The translations under genes and the position numbers were made by a program. From Flavobacteriales bacterium (GTDB taxonomy: Bacteria > Bacteroidota > Bacteroidia > B-17B0 > Aurantibacillaceae), in contig JBEIPP010000001.1 in assembly GCA_040376995.1 (NCBI GenBank), positions 3,780-67,779 of the forward strand: DNA of 64,000 nucleotides, read 5' to 3'. The notes beneath the pieces were generated by a model. It searched no databases, was not told the DNA's origin, and was given only the letters and a program-made list of their open reading frames with translations. This document shows positions 48,625 through 56,473 of this stretch, in pieces; the first letter of the stretch is position 1; each line of letters starts with the position of its first letter.

Positions 48625-48685
48625 TTGTCTGAGTTTATTTAAAAATCTAAAATTACGATTTTCCCCACGTTATGGGATTGTGCCC

Positions 48686-48757
48686 AAATTACTAAAAGCA
48701 AATGTTGATGAGCAAGAACAAAACAGACGAGATGAAATACTAGTGTTAGATTTTTAG
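48686..48757 (+). pseudogene. right part of the OmpA-like remnant
   Basis: KLLKANVDEQEQNRRDEILVLDF* resembles the OmpA_C tail (..N..eeGr..NRRvEi.v). It joins in frame with 47183-47249 once the IS and one CAAAT copy are removed. Confidence 0.35.
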
Positions 48758-49242
48758 TGGTGTTCTTCCTCAGATGGCTCTGCCATAATTGTTTTTTGAG
48801 ACTTAAAAAATTCTACTAATTGAAGTTTTTGTGCATCCGTTAATTTAGCCTCACTATGCATTAATGTATAAGAACTCATTGGCATTTCTCCTTCTTCCAC
48901 CATTTCAACACATTCATCTAATTTATGATTCTTTCGTTTTTCTTTATACGTTCCCCAAATCGAAAAATTTAAATGATGGCTTCCTTCATTAATATGATGT
49001 TTTATCCACCAAGACACAGGAGCAATATTAGTATACCAAGGATATGTTGGTTGATTGGAATGACAGTCGTAACAAGAAATTTTTAAGGTATTAGCTACCT
49101 CAGAATTAGCTGAAGTTAATTCAATAAAATCTGTAGATGGATTAACAGCCTCTATAGTTTTATCGATTCTAATAGATTGAATAGCTAAAAGAAGAAATAC
49201 CAAAAAAATCGCAATGTTTTTAAATGTAAGATGTTTTTTCAT
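48754..49242 (-). CDS. heme-binding domain protein (Haem_bd, CxxCH)
   Basis: N-terminal TM/signal. CYDCHSNQPTYPWYTNIAPVSWWIKHHINEGSHHLNFSIW is the PF14376-type signature. Confidence 0.8.
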   Translation of the reverse strand: MKKHLTFKNIAIFLVFLLLAIQSIRIDKTIEAVNPSTDFIELTSANSEVANTLKISCYDCHSNQPTYPWYTNIAPVSWWIKHHINEGSHHLNFSIWGTYKEKRKNHKLDECVEMVEEGEMPMSSYTLMHSEAKLTDAQKLQLVEFFKSQKTIMAEPSEEEHH

Positions 49243-49253
49243 TGTAAAAGTGT

Positions 49254-49283
49254 ATAAAAAAAGTCACCTAATATAGGTGACTT
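49254..49283 (-). terminator. rho-independent terminator (minus strand)
   Basis: Minus-strand reading is AAGTCACCTATATTAGGTGACTT followed by T7-8. It lies 21 nt after the stop of the T9SS gene. Confidence 0.75.
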
Positions 49284-49304
49284 AAAAGTACATTAATTTT
49301 TTAA

Positions 49305-49892
49305 TTATTCTATAAGGAATTTTCTTGTTACCGTTTTATCATCATTTAGTGTGACCGACACAAAATATAATCCAGGGTTCAAAGATTCCGTATTTACTTC
49401 TCGTCTTTCTGATTTGATATTACTTTCATAAAAATTTATTTTACCAAGTGCATCTATTAGTGTTACTGATTTTATTTCTATTGTGTGTGCAACAATTAGT
49501 ATATCTGAAACTGGGTTTGGATATATCGCTAATGCATTCTGAATATACTTCTCATCAATTCCTGTAGGTAAAGCCGAACAATCTGTTCGTTTATTCGCAG
49601 TATTATATTTTACAGATCTCCAAATAGAATCCTTTTCAGAAATTGTTCTCCACTCTACCCAACCTAAAGTAACATAAGTATTAATTGAATCTATAATTTT
49701 AGTTAATCGTGAAACATAGTTTGCCTTATAAATATCTCTGCAATTTATTTGTAAAACAGGTGTATAAAATTCATTTGGTGAATATACTCCATAGTGAACA
49801 TTTGAAAATAATTTACGATACTCCCTGATTAATCTTTGTTCATTTGTTGTATCGTTAAACACCATAGAGCAACCATTTCCTTGTATTCTCAA
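49305..49892 (-). CDS. C-terminal segment of a frameshifted T9SS (type A CTD) cargo gene
   Basis: Ends with a Por-secretion tail (IAIYPNPVSDILIV...GLYFVSVTLNDDKTVTRKFLIE). The frame is open upstream to about 49969, beyond the ORF-caller TTG start. Confidence 0.75.
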   Translation of the reverse strand: MRIQGNGCSMVFNDTTNEQRLIREYRKLFSNVHYGVYSPNEFYTPVLQINCRDIYKANYVSRLTKIIDSINTYVTLGWVEWRTISEKDSIWRSVKYNTANKRTDCSALPTGIDEKYIQNALAIYPNPVSDILIVAHTIEIKSVTLIDALGKINFYESNIKSERREVNTESLNPGLYFVSVTLNDDKTVTRKFLIE

Positions 49893-49936
49893 TCTTTGGT
49901 TTACATTTGAACTATATGTTGCATAATTATTTGTAT

Positions 49937-50587
49937 CTAAAGTGGGTTTAAATGATCCAAAAAATTCATGTCATTATGCACTCCTGCCTTATAGCTACCC
50001 CCCCATAATACATTAGGTTGCCACATTCCAGAGGTTGAGTATGCTTTGCCCTGTAACCCAGCTTCCATAGTAGACCAATTTGTTTGATTTTGCAACCCAT
50101 CAACCTTAAATCCACCAACATTTTTACGATTAGTTACTCCAAGGGAATCATGAAGGTGAGCAACATCAGCATAATTATATATTTTACCAAAAGCACCAAA
50201 TGAAGGATATTTGGCTTCATGACTATGTGGGTCACATTCAATATTAGATAAATCATCCATCCATTTTAATAGGTTTTTACCAGATGTAGAGCTTCCCTTC
50301 AAATCCCATTTTAAACAACCAAATAAAAACTTAACATCGGATTGAAAATTATACTTTACGTTCTTAGCAACAACCATATCTGAAACTTGTTTAATGTATT
50401 TAAAGGCTGTATCGTAATACTTTCGCTGAGTAGCATTGTCATAATCTAACTCTCCTTGACCAACAACAGTGCTAGTGCCACTAGCTTCATTATGAGAATT
50501 TAGATTAATATAAACCTTTGGAGTTTGGCTAAATAATTGGGATTTAAAACAAAAAACAAAAAGAAACAGAGTGTAGATTTTTTTCAT
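49937..50587 (-). CDS. N-terminal segment of the same gene (signal peptide + putative NodB/GH57-like hydrolase fold)
   Basis: Signal peptide MKKIYTLFLFVFCFKSQLFSQ. INLNSHNE and CDPHSHE metal-type motifs. The frame stops 7 codons after a T6 run. Confidence 0.7.
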   Translation of the reverse strand: MKKIYTLFLFVFCFKSQLFSQTPKVYINLNSHNEASGTSTVVGQGELDYDNATQRKYYDTAFKYIKQVSDMVVAKNVKYNFQSDVKFLFGCLKWDLKGSSTSGKNLLKWMDDLSNIECDPHSHEAKYPSFGAFGKIYNYADVAHLHDSLGVTNRKNVGGFKVDGLQNQTNWSTMEAGLQGKAYSTSGMWQPNVLWGGSYKAGVHNDMNFLDHLNPL

Positions 50588-50732
50588 AAAAAGGAATTAA
50601 TGGTTAGTTAAATAATATTAGTACCAAAGTATAGAGCCGTTTTACAGTCAAAAAATCTCAATATTCGTGCCATTAATGATTTCTTAACAAACATCAAATA
50701 GTAAATTACCTCATTTTAATTACTTTTACCTC

Positions 50733-51746
50733 ATGCGTAATTTAATCACTTCAAGCCTTTTGTTTTTAAGTTTAACTTCTAGTTTTGCTCAATCTAAAAA
50801 TCAAATTACAGTTGCTCTATATAATTGCGAAAACTTTTTTGATACCAAGGATGATCCTAATAAAAAAGATGATGAGTTTTTGCCTGAATCTTCCATGAAA
50901 TGGGACAAAACTCGCTTTATGAATAAATTAACAAAAATTGCTCAAGTTCTTGATTCAACGGTTGCTGGGCCAGGCTTACCAAATTTAGTGGGTTTAGTTG
51001 AAGTTGAAAACAAAGAAGTATTAGAAGAACTGATTTCGAAATCTCAATTAAAAGAAAAATCATACGGTGTATTATGCACTGATAGTCCTGATGAACGCAG
51101 TATTGACGTTGGCTTGTTATATGATAAATCTGTATTTACTTTAGTTGATTTTAAAGAATTAAATGCCACCAATCCATCACTAGGAGATTACAAAACACGT
51201 AACATTTTATTTGCTACTTTAAAAGCAACAAACGGAGATGTATTATATTTATTTGTAAACCATTGGCCAAGCAAACGATCAGGAGAGACAGAAAGCGAAC
51301 CTCGCCGAATTTTTGCTGCTGAGCAAGTGCGTAATAAAATAAACGAATTACAAAAAAAAGATGCAAAAGCAAAAGTAATTGTGATGGGTGACTTTAATGA
51401 TCATCCCACAGCCAAAAGTATTTTAAATACATTGAAAGCAAGCGATAAACCAAAAAATAAAAGTGAATTATACAATGCTTATCAAACTTTAGATGCAGCT
51501 AAACAAGGCACGCACTATTATGATAAAGAATGGAGAGTACTTGACCAAATTATTGTATCACAAGGATTTATTGGTGCTAAAAAAGGATATAAATTTGATC
51601 CAAAAAACGCACACATCTTACGTAAAGATTTTGTGTTATATAAAAACCAAAAAACTGGCGAAGAAAGACCAAACCGCACATATAGCGGAGAAAAATACTT
51701 TAATGGCTATAGCGATCACCTTTCTGTTTACATTACATTAGAGTAA
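50733..51746 (+). CDS. secreted endonuclease/exonuclease/phosphatase (EEP) family protein
   Basis: Signal peptide. YNCENFFD, LVEVEN, GDFND, LDQIIVS and SDHLSV motifs are typical of the EEP fold. Confidence 0.8.
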   Translation: MRNLITSSLLFLSLTSSFAQSKNQITVALYNCENFFDTKDDPNKKDDEFLPESSMKWDKTRFMNKLTKIAQVLDSTVAGPGLPNLVGLVEVENKEVLEELISKSQLKEKSYGVLCTDSPDERSIDVGLLYDKSVFTLVDFKELNATNPSLGDYKTRNILFATLKATNGDVLYLFVNHWPSKRSGETESEPRRIFAAEQVRNKINELQKKDAKAKVIVMGDFNDHPTAKSILNTLKASDKPKNKSELYNAYQTLDAAKQGTHYYDKEWRVLDQIIVSQGFIGAKKGYKFDPKNAHILRKDFVLYKNQKTGEERPNRTYSGEKYFNGYSDHLSVYITLE

Positions 51747-52163
51747 TTGTTTTTCTTTATACTTAAGGTATTCTTTTCTACACCACTCCTCAGCATCTTT
51801 CAGATTATTAAAGACCATAAAAGGAACTTTTGACTTACTAATTTTTAAATAAAAGTTAGTAAGTAGCCTTTGACCTAATGTTTTAACCAAAACAGCAATG
51901 CATATTTTTGGGTATGTGTCATGCTTCAATTTAGAATATTTACCAGCCTCATTCGTATAAACAACATCACCATCTTCGGGCCAAAACAAAAAAGCGTACA
52001 TTTTGTTTTCAACCAACTTATTATACGCTTGGTGGTTTTCTTTTATTTCGTTTACACCAATCTCTACTTTTTTCTTAAATAAAACCCTCACAATCCCATC
52101 ATCACAAAGGCTAATAATAGCTGTTTTTGTTTCTGATTTTTTTATGATATTGTAGCTTGACAT
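51738..52163 (-). CDS. hypothetical protein
   Basis: 141-aa ORF convergent with the EEP gene, overlapping it by 9 nt. No motif recognised. Confidence 0.4.
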   Translation of the reverse strand: MSSYNIIKKSETKTAIISLCDDGIVRVLFKKKVEIGVNEIKENHQAYNKLVENKMYAFLFWPEDGDVVYTNEAGKYSKLKHDTYPKICIAVLVKTLGQRLLTNFYLKISKSKVPFMVFNNLKDAEEWCRKEYLKYKEKQLL

Positions 52164-52214
52164 CTAAAAAAAAAGTATATTAGTAAAAACAAATATATTA
52201 AATTAATCGACATT

Positions 52215-53504
52215 ATGAGATATTTTGCCATAAAAAAAGACTTATTCATCGATAACCGTAAAAGCTTTGTCAAACATTTAAAACCAAACTCAGTTGCCTT
52301 ATTTGTTAGTAACGATATTTTACCGACCAACGGAGATGGTTCTTTTGGATTTGTACAAAACAGTGATTTATTACATTTATCTGGCATCGATCAAGAAGAT
52401 ACTATTTTAATGATTTTTCCTGATGTGAAAGATGGAAAGCATAAAGAAGTTTTGTTTATTAAAGAAACTAGCGATTTAATTGCTGTGTGGGAAGGTGCTA
52501 AATTGACTAAAGAACAAGCTAAAGAAGCAAGTGGTATTGAAAATATTTATTGGCATCATGAATTCGATAAAATATTTAAGAGCTTTGTATTTCAGGCAGA
52601 GAACATTTATTTAAACAGCAACGAGCATACTCGCCGTTATATAGATATGGAAACAGCTGAAATGCGTTTCAATAAAAAAATTAAAGAACAGTTTCCTCTT
52701 CATACAATTCAGCGTTCGGCTCCAATTATGCACCGTATTCGTGCTATCAAACATCCGTTGGAAATTGAAGCGATTCAACAAGCATGTAACATTACCGAAA
52801 AAGGATTTCGTCGTTTATTAAGCTTTGTGAAACCAGGTGTGATGGAATATGAAATTGAAGCAGAATTAATTCATGAATTTGTTCGCAACAGAAGCCGTGG
52901 TTTTGCATACGGACCAATTGTAGCGAGTGGTGCAAATGCTTGTGTATTACATTATGTAGAAAACAACAGAGCATGTAAAGATGGTGATGTGGTTTTATTA
53001 GACGTAGCTGCTGAATATGCAAACTACGCTAGTGATATGACTCGTGCTATTCCTATAAACGGGAAATACACAAAACGTCAAAAAGAAGTATATAATGCGG
53101 TTTTACGTGTCATGAAAGCTGCAACCAACATGCTAGTTGTTGGTAATACATTTGAAAAATACAACAAAGCCGTTGGCGATTTAATGACCGAAGAATTATT
53201 ACAATTAGGTTTAATTAAATCAGACGACGTAAAAAATCAAAATCCAGCATGGCCAGCTTATAAAAAATATTTCATGCACGGAACTTCTCACTTCTTGGGA
53301 TTAGATGTCCATGATGTTGGATTTTTTGCTGAACCAATGCAAGCAGGCATGGTATTTACCTGCGAACCTGGAATTTATATTCCAGAAGAAGATTTAGGTA
53401 TTCGTTTAGAGAACAACATTTTAATAACTCCTACAGGAAATGATGATTTGATGAAAAACATCCCTTTAGAAGTAGATGAAATAGAAGCTTTAATGAACAA
53501 ATAA
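52215..53504 (+). CDS. Xaa-Pro aminopeptidase (M24B family)
   Basis: N-terminal creatinase-like domain. M24 metal ligands in DVVLLDVAAEY..YASDMTR, HGTSHFLGLDVHD, EPGIY and LENNIL. Confidence 0.88.
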   Translation: MRYFAIKKDLFIDNRKSFVKHLKPNSVALFVSNDILPTNGDGSFGFVQNSDLLHLSGIDQEDTILMIFPDVKDGKHKEVLFIKETSDLIAVWEGAKLTKEQAKEASGIENIYWHHEFDKIFKSFVFQAENIYLNSNEHTRRYIDMETAEMRFNKKIKEQFPLHTIQRSAPIMHRIRAIKHPLEIEAIQQACNITEKGFRRLLSFVKPGVMEYEIEAELIHEFVRNRSRGFAYGPIVASGANACVLHYVENNRACKDGDVVLLDVAAEYANYASDMTRAIPINGKYTKRQKEVYNAVLRVMKAATNMLVVGNTFEKYNKAVGDLMTEELLQLGLIKSDDVKNQNPAWPAYKKYFMHGTSHFLGLDVHDVGFFAEPMQAGMVFTCEPGIYIPEEDLGIRLENNILITPTGNDDLMKNIPLEVDEIEALMNK

Positions 53505-53505
53505 T

Positions 53506-53570
53506 CCAATTCCTATACCCCTCTGGAGACTTGCCTAATGGCAGTCAGGGGCGCAGGGGGAGGAATGTTT
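53506..53570. repeat. hairpin repeat of the same ACAT/GGAATGT family
   Basis: AATTCCTATACCCCT ... GACTTGCCTAATGGCAGTC ... AGGGGGAGGAATGTTT. It has outer inverted termini and an inner hairpin, and starts 2 nt after the aminopeptidase stop. Confidence 0.55.
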
Positions 53571-53665
53571 GATAAAAACGCCTGATAATCAATAAATTAC
53601 TCTTATAAACCTTCCTTTTTGGGTTACCTTTAGCCCCTTTAGGTATTAATGCAAACAAAGACTTT

Positions 53666-54223
53666 ATGTCGAAAGCAGCGTACACAGACCTTGAATTTAT
53701 TGAAGGGCTCAAGCATAACAACGATGCGGTGTTACGTTCTCTATACAAAAAGTATTATAACCTCGTTCTTAAATATGTTGTAAACAATAGTGGTAATAGC
53801 GAATCTGCTGCCGACATTTATCAAGAAACAATTATTGTTTTATATGAAAATGTTCAGAAGCCTTCGTTTGAACTCAATTGTCAACTACAAACCTTTATTT
53901 TTTCGATTGCAAAACGCTTATGGTTAAAGCAATTAAGAGGTAGTGGTCATTTATCTCGTTTTAAAGAAGACGAAGAAAATGAAGTAGTAGATGTAAGCGA
54001 TGAAATAACAGATCATCTAAAAAAGGAAACGGATATTGAGAAAATGAATACTTGTATGGAAAACCTAGGAGAACCATGTAACACACTATTAAAAGATTTT
54101 TACGTATATAAGTTAAGTATGGATGAAATATCTGAAAAATTTGGATATACTAATTCAGACAATGCCAAAACGCAGAAGTATAAATGTTTACAACGATTGA
54201 AACGATATTTTTTTGAAAACTAG
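53666..54223 (+). CDS. RNA polymerase sigma-70 family (ECF-type) sigma factor
   Basis: 185 aa. Region 2 (DIYQETIIVLYE, FIFSIAKRLWL) and region 4 HTH (LSMDEISEKFGYTNSDNAKTQKYKCLQRLK). Confidence 0.8.
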   Translation: MSKAAYTDLEFIEGLKHNNDAVLRSLYKKYYNLVLKYVVNNSGNSESAADIYQETIIVLYENVQKPSFELNCQLQTFIFSIAKRLWLKQLRGSGHLSRFKEDEENEVVDVSDEITDHLKKETDIEKMNTCMENLGEPCNTLLKDFYVYKLSMDEISEKFGYTNSDNAKTQKYKCLQRLKRYFFEN

Positions 54224-54245
54224 AATTTAGAAAGGAAAGCAAGAG

Positions 54246-55340
54246 ATGAGAGCAATAGATTTATTTGACAATTACATTTTTGGAACTTTAAGTACTGAAG
54301 AGAAAAACGAATTTGAAACACGCATAAAAACTGATTCTGAATTTGCGACTGCTTTTGAAAAACACAAAACCTTAATCGAAGGCATTAACCAACAAGAGCA
54401 GCGTGCGCATTTAAAGCAAATTTTGGCTACTATTCACAAACAAGAATTTGGTAGTGATGCTAAAATTGTTTCTATAAAACCTGAAGAAACTTTCATTAAA
54501 AAACATGGTAAAACATTTGCTGTAGCTGCATCAGTAGCTATTATTGCTGTAATTGGAACCGTTACTGTTTTAAGTACTGGTGGTTATTTATTGAAGCAAC
54601 AAGGAAATGCCATTACTGATTTAAAGCGAGATGTTACTGAATTAAAATACTCTCAAGATGCCATCATTGAAGGCATTACAGGAGCAACAAATAAACGTTT
54701 AAAAAATTATGCTCCAGCTAATGTCGAAGGAACTGGTTTTGCTTTAAACAACAAAGGATACTTTATTACTAGTTACCATATGGTAAAAAATGCAGATTCA
54801 GTATTTGTTACTAATAACGTATTAGACAGAGCTTCGGCAAAATTAGTAGCTAGCGAACCGTCATTAGATATTGCTATTTATAAAATAGATAATATTGAAG
54901 CCATTAAAAATATAGCATTTCCTTTCTCGTTTAAAGACAATACCTCTGAAATTGGAGACAAAATTTTTACTTTAGGCTATCCTCGAAGAGATGCCGTATA
55001 TGGCGAAGGCGCTTTAAGTTCAATGACTGGATTTAACAATGATACAACCATGTATCAAATTTCTATTCCTGTTAATCCAGGTAATAGTGGTGGTCCTTTA
55101 ATGGATGAACATGGAAATATTATTGGGGTAATTCGTGGTAAACAAAGCTCAGCTGAAGCAACTGGTTTTGCAATCAAATCAAATTTTATTAAACAAACCA
55201 TTGATAAATTAGAAAATGATTCTTTAAAACAGGATTTAACCTTGGTAACTAAAAAATCTAATTTAAGAGGATTAAAGCGTAGCGAACAAATTAAAAAAAT
55301 TCAAGCATTTGTATTTAATGTAATGGTTTATAAAAAATAA
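54246..55340 (+). CDS. membrane-anchored anti-sigma-like N-domain fused to a trypsin-fold (S1C/Trypsin_2) serine protease
   Basis: About 65-aa helical N-domain, one TM (FAVAASVAIIAVIGTVTVL), then His (ITSYHMV), Asp (LDIAIYKI) and Ser (NPGNSGGPL) triad motifs. Confidence 0.75.
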   Translation: MRAIDLFDNYIFGTLSTEEKNEFETRIKTDSEFATAFEKHKTLIEGINQQEQRAHLKQILATIHKQEFGSDAKIVSIKPEETFIKKHGKTFAVAASVAIIAVIGTVTVLSTGGYLLKQQGNAITDLKRDVTELKYSQDAIIEGITGATNKRLKNYAPANVEGTGFALNNKGYFITSYHMVKNADSVFVTNNVLDRASAKLVASEPSLDIAIYKIDNIEAIKNIAFPFSFKDNTSEIGDKIFTLGYPRRDAVYGEGALSSMTGFNNDTTMYQISIPVNPGNSGGPLMDEHGNIIGVIRGKQSSAEATGFAIKSNFIKQTIDKLENDSLKQDLTLVTKKSNLRGLKRSEQIKKIQAFVFNVMVYKK

Positions 55341-55360
55341 AGAAATATTCTTCAACCATA

Positions 55361-55389
55361 AAAGCCCTAGTAAAAAACTAGGGCTTTTA
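55361..55389. terminator. bidirectional rho-independent terminator
   Basis: AAA-AGCCCTAG (55363-55370) - loop - CTAGGGCT (55378-55385) - TTTT, between convergent genes. Confidence 0.75.
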
Positions 55390-55393
55390 TGTT

Positions 55394-56239
55394 TTATAAA
55401 CCTTTCTTTTTAGCCTCTTCCTCTAATCGTATCTCTTCTTCGATTTCTTTTTTACGTTGTTTTTCCATTTGTAGCGCTGATTTTTCTCTTTTAATCCGCT
55501 CTCTATTTGCCATGATATAATTTTCACGCATACGTTTACTTTGAATTGCGCCGAAGTAATCTTTTGTTGTTACTACAATAACACCGCTAGTTACATCTCC
55601 GTATTGAGCAGGAATGCCTCCTGTAATAATAGCCACATTTTCTACGGATAAAGCAGCAACGCCATTAATTGTTGGTGATTTAATCCCATCTACAATAAAT
55701 GCAGTAGCGTCTCCTCTTCCTCCTCTTACATGTAAATCACCATTTGCATCTTGAGTAGCTTCAGAGGAAATATTAACCACCGCATCTACAATGTTTCCTC
55801 TATCCACAGCCATGTGTAAGAAATCTTCGGCAGATATTTCTTTAATATCCATAAATGTTTTATCAATAACAGGCTTAACATAGGCTATGATTTCAATATC
55901 ATCTAACATATTAGTTGACACGGTTGCATCTAAATAGGTTGTTTTTTCTGAACTCACCCTTACATCTGTTACCCTTTTTGTTTGTGTTTCAACGCTAGAA
56001 ATTAATACGTCATAGCTGCCTGCATTTAGAGGTTTATAGGTATACATGCCTTTTTCGTCAGTATCAGTTCCTCCAATTAAAACACCCCCTTGTAATATTT
56101 TAATTGTTGCTCCAAAAACAGGCTCATTATCGGTATTTAATATCTGGCCTTTTAATACGCCCGAAGATCCTTGAGAAAAGCCACTTAATTTAACTAATAG
56201 TAATAATCCTAGCAGACTGGTTTGTTTTAAATTTTTCAT
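55394..56239 (-). CDS. CarboxypepD_reg + TonB-dependent-receptor Plug domain protein lacking a beta-barrel, with a K/E-rich coiled-coil tail
   Basis: Signal peptide. GQILNTDNEPVFGATIKI.. (carboxypeptidase-regulatory fold). Plug motifs HVRGGRGDATAFIVDGI and ITGGIPAQYGDVTSGVIVVTTK. The protein ends after ~50 aa of charged helix (281 aa total). Confidence 0.75.
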   Translation of the reverse strand: MKNLKQTSLLGLLLLVKLSGFSQGSSGVLKGQILNTDNEPVFGATIKILQGGVLIGGTDTDEKGMYTYKPLNAGSYDVLISSVETQTKRVTDVRVSSEKTTYLDATVSTNMLDDIEIIAYVKPVIDKTFMDIKEISAEDFLHMAVDRGNIVDAVVNISSEATQDANGDLHVRGGRGDATAFIVDGIKSPTINGVAALSVENVAIITGGIPAQYGDVTSGVIVVTTKDYFGAIQSKRMRENYIMANRERIKREKSALQMEKQRKKEIEEEIRLEEEAKKKGL

Positions 56240-56473
56240 GTGTTAGTTTTTTATTGATTTATAATGGTCATATGGTATACGACATGTGACTTTGATTGAT
56301 TTTTTTGGGTTTCTATTAATGGCTATTTCATAATTTCTATTTTTTAATGGTTAAACTTCATTTTTTCAGAATGCATTCTTTAACTTTAAGACGTGAAGCA
56401 TATCCCTTTCCATAAAAAATTAATAGAAAATACTTTTATGGAATATTATAGTGTAGGCGTCTTTTAATTAGAT

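Larger units (their letters stand above)
47250..48684 (-). mobile_element. insertion sequence, ISAon1 / ISL3-like, two-ORF transposase
   Basis: Terminal inverted repeats GGTGCAGTCTCATAACGTGGGGA (47253-47275) and TCCCCACGTTATGGGATTGTGCC (48662-48684). They match at 19/23 positions with a 13-bp perfect core. A possible 5-bp direct repeat CAAAT sits at 47245-47249 and 48685-48689. Confidence 0.8.

Noticed and set aside
52142-52387. 81-aa minus-strand ORF overlapping the start of the aminopeptidase gene, and the 82-aa ORF at 51493-51741 inside the EEP gene.
   Set aside because: They overlap better-supported genes and have a Lys/Leu/Phe-rich composition typical of AT-rich noise.
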